From: Eledone cirrhosa
Lineage: Eukaryota
Length of the DNA stretch: 64,000 nucleotides
NCBI GenBank assembly: GCA_964016885.1
Contig: OZ024746.1
Location: forward strand, 38,998,001 to 39,062,000
Reading direction: 5' to 3'
The position numbers and the translations under genes are program-made. The notes under the pieces are model-generated. The model did not search any database. It had not been told where the DNA came from and saw nothing but the letters and a program-made list of their open reading frames with translations. This document shows positions 14,617 through 29,070 of this stretch, piece after piece; the stretch's first letter is position 1; the number at the start of each line of letters is the position of its first letter.

Positions 14617-14998
14617 ATTAGAATTGGTGCTCTGAAATAGCTATATATATATGAATGTATATACAGTGTATTTTGCAATACACTGTATGCTTAATTAAAA
14701 GCATTTCGAAGACCTTACTTTAATTTCAGCAAACAGGTGGAGATGAAGCTGACAAGGCCTTGTTTCGCATTTCTTGATGCTTATCAAAGCCAACTACTCC
14801 TCCTGTTTGCTGAAATCATGGATGTTGTCAGCTTTATCTGCCCCTGTTTGCTGAAATTAAAGTAAGTGAGTCTGTCACTACTCTAAAACAATAGCATAAG
14901 GTTTTCGAAATGCTTTTAATTAAGCATACAGTGTATTGCAAAATACACTGTATATACATTCATATATATATAGCTATTTCAGAGCACCAATTCTAATA
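14617..14998. repeat. Nested fold-back insertion between (TA)n tracts
   Basis: Outer arms ~14617-14717 and 14897-14998; inner arms cttactttaatttcagcaaacagg/cctgtttgctgaaattaaagtaag. Confidence 0.8.
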
Positions 14999-15057
14999 TA
15001 CATATATATATATATAAATATATATAAATATATATATATATAAATATATAAATAAAA

Positions 15058-15311
15058 TAACAGGAGGCTGGACTGGTGTAAATCCTTGAAAAGTTTATTA
15101 TACTATGATCATTTCAATGACCGGGTTCCGTATGAGTCCGGTGATATCATCAGGTATTCGAAATATAACAAAGAGGACGACTGGCCAACTAGCTGCTTTC
15201 GCCTCGGTCAGTCGCCCTCAAGTGGTGGCAACTCGATCTACTAATGACCATGGTGAAGGGGGCGAAGGCTTATAATGTACTACCACCTCTCCGTCAGAGA
15301 ATAAAAAAAGA

Positions 15312-15392
<81 letters not shown>

Positions 15393-16185
15393 AGAAAAGT
15401 CAGCGTACGGCTCACACTACAGTCATGCTAGAAAACGCCGCGAAAAATGTTATCCCAGAGAACCTATATTTTAACAAAGGCATATATATCAGTGTCTGTA
15501 TGGTCTAATGTGTGAACAGAAAGTTGGAACGTTAACTTATGTTAAGAGTTATAGGATGAAATTAAATAATTAGAAAATTAATAGAAAATTAAAGGTTTGT
15601 GTTGATTTGTATTTAATGAAATTACAGAGAGAGTCTTATATGAAAAAGTTTAAGTGTATTATAGGGAATCTCGATAAGTTATCAAGGTGGGATATAGAAT
15701 AAAGATAAAAGCCTTCGATTTAATCCCAGCCAGCACCTCCTAACCACATGTCAGCCAGTTTCAAGTGGTATCGTCTGGCGAAAAGAAATGGAAATTAATT
15801 TTTCCGAGTATTCCAGGAACGTAACTGCGATAGGCTTTGGGTGTGCTAACTGGAAGTCTACCAGCTTCCACAGGCCATCGTCTATACCAAACGAATACTA
15901 TTAATTCACACAGGAGGGGTTTATTTACGTGCCAGTAGAGGGAGGCATGATACGGCTAACAGTTATGCCTAAGCCTAGAGTTTATAGGTATGAGTATAAT
16001 ATGGCGGTCAAAACAGGCGGTGCGGCGGGTCCCGGGGAAAATCGATCCGCTCCGAGTAGTTTCGTTTACCGAAAGAGGGGAAATTTATTTTTCCAAGCAC
16101 TCAAGGAAGGCTGAACTTTCCGAGCGCCCGGCGCACAGCCGGGAAAGCCACCACATCAGTCGAAAGTGGTAAAACCCAATGAAAA
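15058..16185 (-). mobile_element. Probable non-coding PLE 3' region ending in a hammerhead
   Basis: (TA)n-bounded island with an HHR ~40 nt from its 3' end; internal (GAAA)n. Confidence 0.45.
15100..15157 (-). ncRNA. Type I hammerhead ribozyme
   Basis: atac CTGATGA t atcaccgg..ccggtcat t GAAA tgatca TA gtat; palindromic stem III. Confidence 0.75.
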
Positions 16186-16189
16186 ATAT

Positions 16190-16292
<103 letters not shown>

Positions 16293-16304
16293 AATATATA
16301 TATA

Positions 16305-16466
16305 TATTGTTATACTTTGGGAGGGTCATGTTGCCAATAAGAAACACACGCACCAGTTGCTTTCACTTCAATTTAATTTAATATATATTTATAAATTTAC
16401 AAATTTATAAATTTCTGGTTGGTTGGTTGGTTCCACAACCAGATAGTTGTTTATATATATATAGTC

Positions 16467-16467
<1 letters not shown>
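16305..16467 (-). mobile_element. Inverted pseudo-LTR copy of the downstream PLE
   Basis: Reverse complement of ~17692-17853. Confidence 0.85.
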
Positions 16468-16497
<30 letters not shown>

Positions 16498-16506
16498 AAT
16501 ATATAT

Positions 16507-17347
<841 letters not shown>

Positions 17348-17651
17348 GGACAAAATGAAAACACACACACACATATATAAACAACTTACAATTGAAAACA
17401 CACACAAAATGAAAACACACACAAGACAAAATGAAAACACACACACACATAGAACAAACAACCAACCAACAATAAATAAATAAATAAACAAACAAATATA
17501 AATATAAAAATATAAAAATAGAAAAATGAACACAAACACACACAGACACCCGGATGTGGCGCATGCGCAAACTGAGCACGCAACCCACACACAAACAAAA
17601 TGGCGTAGGATAGAAGAAAGGAAAGGCACAGAAACGAAGAAAGAAATCCCC

Positions 17652-17696
17652 AGTCACTGAAGAGGTCACAGAGTGTGTGACGAAAGAACTATGACT
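17652..17696 (+). ncRNA. Minimal type I hammerhead in the PLE 3' UTR
   Basis: agtca CTGAAGA g gtcaca gagtg tgtgac GAAA gaac TA tgact; stem III is weak. Confidence 0.75.
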
Positions 17697-17910
17697 ATAT
17701 ATATATAAACAACTATCTGGTTGTGGAACCAACCAACCAACCAGAAATTTATAAATTTGTAAATTTATAAATATATATTAAATTAAATTGAAGTGAAAGC
17801 AACTGGTGCGTGTGTTTCTTATTGGCAACATGACCCTCCCAAAGTATAACAATATCGGTTTCAACACACGATTTCAGATAAAGAATCTTGCTAAACAAAT
17901 TCAGAAACGA

Positions 17911-18142
<232 letters not shown>

Positions 18143-18333
18143 TATAATTTAATACAATAACAGAGAAAGCTTTAAGCTAAACTCCGACTGGTAACCATCT
18201 CACTCAACAAACATTAGGTTATACGTTAGTATAATCCCAATTTAGTGTTTGGGGTGCTAACTATATGTATTTTGTGGAAAGCCAGTTATATTATTTTATA
18301 TGAGATAAATTAAAGTTAAAATATATCTCACTT

Positions 18334-18460
18334 TCCAAACAATTGTTTCATTATAAGTTTTCTACAAGTTGGGAGAATGTTTCCAGTTTATGTAGAATGT
18401 TTCCAGTTTATGTAGAAGCCTAACATATTTTCCTGTAAGAATATATAAATCTTCAGTGGA
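18334..18460 (-). ncRNA. Type I hammerhead with long stem II (element ~18148-18470)
   Basis: tcca CTGAAGA ... GAAA caattg TT tgga; diverged relative of 21781-21886. Confidence 0.6.
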
Positions 18461-18657
18461 TGCCCATTAAACTTTAATATAAGAAAAAATTCCTTACCGC
18501 AGTTATTCTTCGTGTCCGCTAAGTTCATATATATATATATATATATAGTAATAATAATAAATTTGAAGACTAAAATCCAAAGAGGGCTCGATAAGGATAA
18601 ATATATATCAAATATATAAGAACCGTAGAGCAAATATTTATTAAAATAACAGATTAA

Positions 18658-18708
18658 AGTTTAAGCAAAGAATCGCTGCTTTCACCCTTAACACGATCTT
18701 CTGAAATT
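18658..18708 (-). ncRNA. Hammerhead, CAGAAGA core variant, weakened stem II
   Basis: Inverted copy of 19576-19626. Confidence 0.45.
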
Positions 18709-19249
18709 AACAAAGTCAATCTGTAAACGCAGAAGGGAATATTTTGTATAAGTGTATGTTTTGTGAAGGTACGTATACTTTCTCGTACGTATATTTGATT
18801 GTATATGTTATGGCGTATATTTTTATATATTCTATGCTTTTGGTTATGTGTATACGTGTTTTGCGTCTGTGTGAGTATGCGGGTTCGTACGTATGTAGGG
18901 TGTGTGTATATGTGTACTTCGTGTTTTGGTTGACGTACGTCTCCGAACATTTGTGTATTTACATGTAGGTATGTGTGTGCGCTTGTTATATACGTATTTA
19001 TTTATTTATATGTGCGTGTATTTGTATACCTATGGCGAGTGTTTTCGCGTATGCTTGTGTATATACGTATTTGGATGCGTGTATGTATTTATTTAATTTC
19101 AATTACCTCTGTATTTTATTTACTTTATTCTTAACTCTGAAGCCGAGAATCATTCGGTTTCCTAGTTAGAATTTTAGTCTACGACTTCTTTTATACCATA
19201 AACGTGGTTCTGTCTTTGTCTGTAATTGTTTTTCACCGCTCCAAATAAT

Positions 19250-19431
19250 TGTTTCTACTTTAGGCACAAGGCCAGCAAGTACCCAGTACATTACTGGTAC
19301 TTTATTTTATCGACCCCGTAAGGATGAAAGGCAAAGTTAACCTCGGCGGGATTTGAACTCAGACTGTAAAGGGACGTAACTATGCTAGAAAGCATGGCGT
19401 CCAACCCTCTACCGATACTGCCAATTCACCG
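19250..19431 (-). mobile_element. tRNA-derived SINE with target-site duplication
   Basis: Direct repeat ttcaccgctccaaataat at 19232-19249 and 19425-19442. Confidence 0.85.
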
Positions 19432-19575
19432 CTCCAAATAATGATGTATTATATTCGTTTTTTCCCGTTCTTTGCCAGGGAACGTTTCCACGAGCCAAAG
19501 TATCGTCTTCCTGTCTTCCTCCGGTTGCAACGTTTTTTTAAATATTCACTTCTGCGTTCACAGATTGACTTTGTT

Positions 19576-19626
19576 AGTTTCAGAAGATCCCGTTAAGGGT
19601 GAAAGCAGCGATTCTTTGCTTAAACT
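19576..19626 (+). ncRNA. Type I hammerhead, U4A core variant
   Basis: agttt CAGAAGA t ccc gtta aggg t GAAA gca..tgc TT aaact. Confidence 0.55.
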
Positions 19627-19684
19627 TTAATCTGTTATTTTAATAAATATATATATATATATATAAATATATATATATGTATAA

Positions 19685-19717
<33 letters not shown>

Positions 19718-19811
19718 AATATATATATATATAAATATATATATATATAAATATATATATATATAAATATATATGTATATATAAATATATATATATATAT
19801 AAATATATATG

Positions 19812-19867
<56 letters not shown>

Positions 19868-19953
19868 TATATATATAAATATATATATATAAATATATAT
19901 GTATATATAAATATATATATATATAAATATATATATATTTATATATATATATT

Positions 19954-20025
<72 letters not shown>

Positions 20026-20118
20026 CATATATATATATATATATTTATTAAGATAACAGATTAAAGTTTAAGCAAAGAATCGCTGCTTTCACCCTTAACG
20101 GGATATATATATATAAAT

Positions 20119-20201
<83 letters not shown>

Positions 20202-20209
20202 AATATATA

Positions 20210-20243
<34 letters not shown>

Positions 20244-20325
20244 AATATACCAAATCAACTTTTCAAATAGAAGTCGAAGTTGAAAGGTATGTCGAATCTA
20301 TCTATTTATAAGACTGTTTATATTG

Positions 20326-20391
20326 TATTTTGTCTGAAGAAGGCATAACATATTTTTAATATGATATCCCTGAAATATATATAATGAAATA
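20326..20391 (+). ncRNA. Type I hammerhead (element ~20250-20520)
   Basis: tattttgt CTGAAGA aggcataacatatt ttt aatatgatatccct GAAA tatata TA atgaaata; second copy at 26460-26525. Confidence 0.7.
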
Positions 20392-20523
20392 GATATGGTT
20401 TTATAAATATAGTTTCCATTTATTTAATATCGTAAATATACTCCAAATACTTGTTGAGTGCTTTTATATCAGTTATAAATATTTACTCGTTGTTAACCCA
20501 ACAATTTAAATAAAACTTTGCAT

Positions 20524-20613
<90 letters not shown>

Positions 20614-20654
20614 TTATATATATATATATAAATATATATATAAATATATATAAA

Positions 20655-21410
20655 GATACAGTGCGCTATTAATAAAACAGGAAAAACCACCAGTGTATGG
20701 AATCTATAACCTATGAAAGGCAGAGTATAGACACGATAATTAAAAATATAAATTAAAGCGTAAATAAATACCTCTATAACTATATAACACACGTACAAAT
20801 CCAAAGTGATCTGTTTCGCCAGTAAGTTTTTGACAGAAATGAAATAACCCAGGTTCATCAGCGTGTGTAAGGCTATACATTTCAGACAACACTAAGAGAA
20901 TTTTTAAAGCGACCGTCCAACTACACGTGGGAGAGAGAAGTCATAGCCTGTTTAAGGACATTGGACCAGTGGCCTCTGAGGGACGAGCTGTTAGAAAGGG
21001 CAGCCCAAAACCACTCAGAGAAGTGTGCTCAACCAAACAGATAGAGATTAAAGACTGTTATAAGGAGCGAAATATCACGATACATTAACGGAGCCATAGA
21101 CTCTCGCCGTTCCCTGTAAATAATGTGCTCAAAGGAGAGGAAATCCCGAGCTCTTTAAAATACAATATGTTGAAAAGGTAACAAACACACTAGAGAGAGA
21201 TACAGTGCGCTATCAATAAAACAGGGAAAAACCACCAGTGTATGGAATCTATAACCTATGAAAGGCAGAGTATAGACAGGATAATTAAAAATATAAATTA
21301 AAGCGTAAATAAATACCTCTATAACTATATAACACACGTACAAATCCAAAGTGATGTTTCGCCAGTATAGGTTTGGATTCCTGACAGGGTCAATGACCTG
21401 CGTGTATGTT
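20655..21410 (-). mobile_element. Retrozyme-like partial tandem (period ~545)
   Basis: 20655-20824 is repeated at ~21198-21367; both repeats carry the hammerhead 3' half. Confidence 0.65.
20787..20868 (-). ncRNA. Type I hammerhead with a real stem III
   Basis: acacacg CTGATGA ... GAAA cagatc acttt ggatttg TA cgtgtgt. Confidence 0.75.
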
Positions 21411-21557
21411 ATTTTATTTTTTACGATAACCTCCCCTTCCCATTTGGGGACAGTGTGAGATTTTTTTTTTAAGAATTGCTGGACTTTCAAACTTAGCAGC
21501 TCTATCTAGCACTGACGGTGATTATCGCTAAATATTAATATTGATGTAGTTGTTAAT

Positions 21558-21747
21558 ATTGTTTCTACTATTGGCACAAGGCCAGAAAATTACCCAGTAC
21601 ATTACTGGTACTTTATTTTATCGACCCCGTAAGGATGAAAGGCAAAGTTAACCTCGGCGGGATTTGAACTCAGAATGGCAAGGGCCGTAACTCTATGCGT
21701 CAAAGCATGGCGTCCGAACCTCTACCGATACTGCCAATCCACCGCCA
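21558..21747 (-). mobile_element. tRNA-derived SINE with target-site duplication
   Basis: atgtagttgttaatattg at 21544-21561 and 21748-21765. Confidence 0.85.
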
Positions 21748-21780
21748 ATGTAGTTGTTAATATTGATATTACTTGGGCAT

Positions 21781-21886
21781 TCCACTGAAGAGTTATAAGA
21801 GCCCTATTGAATTATGCAAGCTTCTACATAACTTGGACACTTTTCTCCCACTTTCTAGAAAGCTTATAATGAAACGATCGTATGGA
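21781..21886 (+). ncRNA. Type I hammerhead with long stem II (element ~21775-22070)
   Basis: tcca CTGAAGA g ttataag...cttataa t GAAA cgatcg TA tgga. Confidence 0.7.
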
Positions 21887-22235
21887 GAATGAGATTTATT
21901 TAATTATGTCTCATATAAAATAATACAGCCGATTATCCACACAATACAATATAGTTAGCACCCCAAACGTATAATTGGGAATATACTTAGGTATTTCCTA
22001 ATGTTTGTTGAGTGAGTTGGAAGTTGGTCGGAGTATTGCTAATGGCTTTCTCTGTTAATGTATTAAGTACATATATATATATATACAGTATTTTCCGTTG
22101 TGTTGTAATATAAATATTACACACAGTAGATTATCAGCTCACGTAGAGTTTGCTCGACGGTTCCAGTTGTAGTTCCAAAAGTAATCCGGAGAAAAATAGA
22201 AAGATTTGAATGGATACAGTTTAGTTGAAAGGAAT

Positions 22236-22352
22236 TTATTGACACGTGTTTCTATAACAGTTACATAACCTAAAACAGCTATCTACAAACTTTTAGTTAT
22301 GCAGACATTCAATATTTCAATGTTATTATTTACTGTCATTTCATCAGAATAA
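22236..22352 (-). ncRNA. Type I hammerhead with long stem II
   Basis: ttatt CTGATGA a atgacagt...actgttat a GAAA cacgtg TC aataa. Confidence 0.7.
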
Positions 22353-22914
22353 TATTACTGAGGACCTATTTAGTTTTTATAGAGAATATTAGGGGGGAGG
22401 GGTGAAGTTGTTAGAAGAATAGTTGAAGGAGTGGTTTTTCGATAGCAGTGAGAATTCTTGGTGGCAGTGAGTAATTAGATTCCCATCTGTTGTTTTGACA
22501 TTTTTTATAGAATATATTATTGGTTATTTTTCTAAATCTATAGAAGGATTAGAGATAGTAAAGATATGCGTAGTTGGTTTTGTGTTTGCACTTAATTAAC
22601 ATTCAGACTTAAATTTTTCTTTCAAGTGTACGTATCCTTTCACCCACGCATTCACACACAAATATATTTGCACACCTCTACAAAATACATATACTCACAA
22701 TTCACATATTCATACTTACATATATATACACATGCATACACATATATATACACACATGTATTCATGTACATACATACGCGCTCATGTGTATACATTTTCA
22801 TACTCAACTTATCTTTATATACACACGTATAGACACACACATATATACATACATACTCTAGTCCATGTGTACACACATACACATACATATACATCCATAT
22901 ACACATATATACAT

Positions 22915-22969
<55 letters not shown>

Positions 22970-23276
22970 TACATATACACATATATACATATATATATAT
23001 ATATATAAGCACTTTAATACATGAATACACTTACATCTAACTATACACATCAAACATATATTTATATTTACTTATTTATATACATTTTCACATATATATA
23101 CATACTTATGGACGTTTTTAGACACATTCATTATCGCATATTTGTACCTATTCTCATCAGCATATCTTTTCATTATTAGTATGGTAATTTAAGGTTATTA
23201 ATATATGTTGAGAAGAGATTGTTTTTATATTTTTCTAACTAGATTAAGGTTTATATAGTTGGGGGATGTCCCTCTT

Positions 23277-23452
23277 TTATGTAATATTCGGCTTGTAGTG
23301 GGAAAAAAGGGTTTTAGTTCTGTGACGGCAGAATAATGTTCGTTCAATTCTGTTATTCAGCAGTTTCTTCTTGTGTGTGATTATGTAATAAATCTCAAGA
23401 TTACACAATTTGCAGAAATTTTGGCTCCTGGAAAAGCTTTGGGTTTTAGCTA
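23277..23452 (-). pseudogene. PLE endonuclease extreme C-terminal fragment
   Basis: CKLCNLEIYYII...LLNNRIERTLFCRH aligns by eye with CNLCLAESHSII...LLNRKSEIFSSCPH in the 54540-55112 ORF. Confidence 0.7.
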
Positions 23453-23722
23453 ATATATATAATATATATATATAATATATATATATATAATATATATATA
23501 ATATATATATATAATATATATATAATATATATATATAATATATATATAATATATATATAATATATATATAATATATATATATAATATATATATAATATAT
23601 ATATATATAATGTATATATATAATATATATATATATAATGTATATATATAATATATATATAATATATATATATATAATATATATATATAATATATATAAT
23701 ATATATATATAATATATATAAT

Positions 23723-23800
<78 letters not shown>

Positions 23801-23877
23801 CATAATATATATATAATATATATATTATATATAATATATATAATTTATATATAATATATATAATATATATATTTTAT

Positions 23878-23971
<94 letters not shown>

Positions 23972-24023
23972 TATATATAATATATATAATTTATATATAA
24001 TATATATAATATATATATTTTAT

Positions 24024-24080
<57 letters not shown>

Positions 24081-24103
24081 TATATATATATAATATATAT
24101 ATA

Positions 24104-26408
24104 TCATCATCATCATCATCAACGTTTAACGTCCGTGTTCCACGCTTGCATGGGTTTGGACAGGGGTAGTCCCACTTGAGGCAAGAGTGATTGGCTTGCT
24201 CGCATAGGACTGTCTGGCAGGTTTTCTACAGTTGGATGCCCTTCCTAACACCAACCACATTTACAGTGTGGGTCTGGGAGGTTTTTACCGTGTTGCCTAC
24301 ACGGCCACATTACAGCGTGGACTGTGTGTTTTTTTGTCGTGACACCTACACGATCTCATTTGTTTCGGCCTGGATGGCGCGGCACCAACATAACTTTACA
24401 TAGAACGGGTGGTGTGGGTGGGGTGGGGGTGGTGGCGGGACGGGGTGTATTTTGTTAGAGATGCCTACTGGCAAGGCGGGTCTTCTCTGTTACTGAGTAC
24501 CGCCAAAGGTCTCGGTCCAGTGACATTGTCTTGGAGAGGTGTAAGTGTGTGAGGTCGGAGTTTATCAGCTCATCCCAGGTTTTTCTAGGTCTGCCTATTC
24601 CGTGGCTACCGTCTATCTTTATTGCCCTGCACTTTGTTATACAGCTATCGACTTTCATGCGCATCACGTGTCCATACCAACGTAGCCTTCTCTCGAGTAA
24701 ACAACATCTGATCCCTCTTATCTCTAATTTTTTCCTTAGTTAGTTTATGCTTTGCCGTTCACGTATATTACTGTTACACATCCAGCGGAGCATGCAAGCT
24801 TCGTTCCTCTCTAGTCTGCGTATATCCTCTGCACACAATGCCCAGGTCTCACTGCCATGCAACATTGCTGTTCGTATGCAGGCATCGTACAACCTGCCTT
24901 TCATTTTTAGGGAGAACCCTTTAGCAGCTAATAGTGGTATAAGCTCTCTGAACTTTTTCCAACCAGTTCTGACTCTAGCTACAGTACTTTCAGAGCACCC
25001 TCCCCCACTGCTGATTTTATCGCCCAGGTAACGGAAGCTGTCCACTATTTCTATAGAACCCTCTGCGCAATTGAAAGAGCTAGTATTTCGTGGGCACTTG
25101 CTGCTACTTATTGCACCAGAACACCGGCCACATGTAAAATCTATGTTCTTAGTTAGCTTACCTGTGATCCCACTACATCTTTTATGCACCCATACTTTGC
25201 ATTTAGGACATAAAATGGAGTTTCTACCTACGCCTTTCCTACACACCGAGCACGACCATTTCCCAGAAGGGACCGCCGCCTTGTTTTCTTTCCTACAAAC
25301 TAGAACTTTGGTCTTAGCCAGGTTAATTTTAAGTCCTTTTGACTCTAGGCCGTGCTTCCATGTTTGGAATTTCTTCTCTAGCTCGGCCATTGATTCCGCT
25401 ATGAGTGTCAGGTCGTCTGCGTATAGGAGTTTCCATGGGCAGCCTGTCTTGAACTCCTCTGTTATAGCCTGAAGGGCAATAATAAATAGTAGGGGGCTGA
25501 GAACAGAGCCCTGATGGACGCCAACTTTTACGCTAAACTCTTCACTATATTCGTTGTTAATTCTAACCTTGCTGACTGTTTCTTTATACATGGCTTGTAT
25601 AGCCCTCACAAGCCATTCGTCAACGCCTAGTTTTCTAAGAGCCCACCAGATAATGGAGCGGGGGACTCTGTCGAAGGCTTTCTCCAGGTCGACAAAAGCT
25701 AAGTAGAGGGGTTTACCTTTAGCTAGGTACTTCTCCTGTAGTTGTCGTACTATGAAAAGAGCGTCTGTGGTACTTTTGCCTGACACAAACCCGAACTGCA
25801 TTTCATCTAGGTCAATTCTCTCTCTGATTAGTTGCGCTATTACTTTTTCCGTGACCTTCATGACCTGGTCGATTAATTTAATGCCTCTATAGTTACTCCT
25901 ATCTAGGGCGTCTCCTTTACCCTTATAACAGTTAACGATGATGCTGCTATGCCAGTCCTTCGGAACAACCCCATTCTGTACGACTTGGTTTACTATCCGG
26001 GTGACCATGGTGTGTCCCACCGTTCCAGAGGCTTTCAGCATCTCAGCAACTATTTCCGAAGGCCCAGCCGCCTTACCCGTCTTCATATCCTTGATTGCCT
26101 TACTTATTATACTCCCCTCGACTAACACTGCTGGTCCCTCTATTGGGTCGATATGGGGGAGACTGTCTTTCTCCCATTTATTCTCCTCATTTAGTAGCCT
26201 TTCATAGTGACACTTCCAAGCTACCTTCTTATCAGTGTCGGTGATGGCAAGTATGCCATCATCGTTAAGTACACACTTCTCCTCGACAATATCACGGTTT
26301 TCCTTGACGCATTGCCTAGCAATCCTGAACACCTCACGTTTTTGGTCATCGCGTTGTAGAACATGCTTGAACTTTCTTTCCTCAGCTTCCCTTCTTGCTA
26401 AGTACACT
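24104..26408 (-). mobile_element. 5'-truncated RTE LINE (family A)
   Basis: Close copy of 12446-14580 in the opposite orientation; (GAT)n tail next to (TA)n. Confidence 0.95.
24740..26407 (-). pseudogene. RTE reverse transcriptase ORF (555 aa; no endonuclease, premature stop)
   Basis: Complete RT motifs (LAFVDLEKAFD, QGSVLSP, YADD) and a C4HC3 finger; TAA replaces the GAA codon seen in the + copy. Confidence 0.9.
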
Positions 26409-26459
26409 TATATATATACGATATAAAACAAATGGAAACTACATTTATAAAACCATATT

Positions 26460-26525
26460 TATTTCATTATATATATTTCAGGGATATCATATTAAAAATA
26501 TTGTATGCCCTCTTCAGATAAAATA
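26460..26525 (-). ncRNA. Type I hammerhead (element ~26409-26640)
   Basis: tattttat CTGAAGA gggcata...tatccct GAAA tatata TA atgaaata. Confidence 0.7.
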
Positions 26526-26549
26526 CAATATATAAACAGTTTTATAAAT

Positions 26550-26640
26550 AAATTTGACATACCTTAGAATTTTACAACTTCCATTTAAAAAGTTGTTATG
26601 GTTAAATGGAAGTTGTAAAATTCTAAGGTATGTCAAATTT
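26550..26640. repeat. Fold-back, 39-bp perfect arms with a 13-nt spacer
   Basis: 26550-26588 vs 26602-26640. Confidence 0.85.
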
Positions 26641-26741
26641 TGTTTCTACTTTAGGCACAAGGCCAGCAAATACCCAGTGCATTACTGTACTTTATTTTAT
26701 CTACCCCGTAAGGATGAAAGGCAAAGTCAACCTCGGCAGGA
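26641..26741 (-). mobile_element. SINE 3' fragment
   Basis: Same family as 10262-10437. Confidence 0.75.
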
Positions 26742-26764
26742 TTATATAATATATATATGTAAGT

Positions 26765-27015
26765 TATCAGCGTCGGTGATGGCAAGTATGCCGTCATCAT
26801 TAAGTACACACTTCTCCCCGACAATATCACGGTTTTCCTTGACACATTGCCTAGCAGTCCTGAACACCTCACGTTTTTGGTCCTCACGTTGTAGAACATA
26901 TTTGAACTTTCTTTCCTCTGCTTCTCTTCTTTCGAAGTACACTTGTCTCCTAGCTTCCCTCCTGGCCACTTGATAGTCTTCTCTACTTCCCCCATCCCGC
27001 CATACTTTCCAAGCC
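26765..27015 (-). mobile_element. RTE family A internal fragment
   Basis: Overlaps and extends the sequence at 26229-26408 (ARREARRQVY...VLQREDQKREVFR). Confidence 0.85.
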
Positions 27016-27977
<962 letters not shown>

Positions 27978-28177
27978 NNNNNNNNNNNNNNNNNNNNNNN
28001 NNNNNNNNNNNNNNNNNNNNNNNNNNNNNNNNNNNNNNNNNNNNNNNNNNNNNNNNNNNNNNNNNNNNNNNNNNNNNNNNNNNNNNNNNNNNNNNNNNNN
28101 NNNNNNNNNNNNNNNNNNNNNNNNNNNNNNNNNNNNNNNNNNNNNNNNNNNNNNNNNNNNNNNNNNNNNNNNNNNNN
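27978..28177. other. Assembly gap (200 N)
   Basis: Run of n. Confidence 1.
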
Positions 28178-28321
28178 CAATTGCTCTGGTAATATTCCGG
28201 TCTGTTATGATATATTCTGGACATTACAGTTTCTATCTCTGATATACCGAAATCTGAGATATTCTTTGGATGTCTGCGCCCAGAACAGATGGATGAAGAT
28301 CGGATATTATTTGTTTGTTCC

Positions 28322-28506
28322 GGGCGGTGGATTGGCAGTATCAGTAGAGGGTCGGACGCCATGCTTTCCAGCATAGTTACGTCCCTTTACGATCTGAGTT
28401 CAAATCCCGCCGAGGTTGACTTTACCTTTCATCCTTACGGGGTCGATAAAATAAAGTACCAGTAATGCACTGGATAATTGCTGTCCTTGTGCCTAAAGTA
28501 GAAACA
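28322..28506 (+). mobile_element. Full-length tRNA-derived SINE with target-site duplication
   Basis: attatttgtttgttcc on both flanks. Confidence 0.85.
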
Positions 28507-28993
28507 ATTATTTGTTTGTTCCGTTTACATAATTTCAATCCACCTCTAATTATATATATACTGTAGTACAAGTTTGGTAGAAACATCCAAGGGTTAGAGC
28601 ACTCGGTCCATAGGACGAGTTAAGTATAATTAGTTACAACAGTAACATATACAGGTACTTAAGTTATGTTGGGTTATACAGCCTGAGCTGAATGAGTTGG
28701 GGTGTTTAACCCACCGAAACTTAAGTACCTGTACGTCTCACTGTTTTAACTAATTATATATATATATATATATATAAATATAGATCTGTGTGAGTGTGTG
28801 TGTGTGTGTGTGTGCGTGTGTGTGTTAAAGTGTAAATTAATTGCGGTATGCCGGATGACCACTCAATGCTCTTGGGGAGCAGAGTATCAATAGTATTAAT
28901 ATATAAGGATCAAAGAATCAGTGTTGCATCATATACATATTTATTACATATGTTTCACTGTCGATCAGCTCGAGAAACGATCTATTAATATAA

Positions 28994-29070
<77 letters not shown>

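Larger units (their letters stand above)
18547..19650 (-). mobile_element. Non-coding PLE-like element with inverted ~90-bp hammerhead-bearing ends
   Basis: 18634-18724 is inverted at 19560-19650; extra tail 18547-18633 on one side only. Confidence 0.65.
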
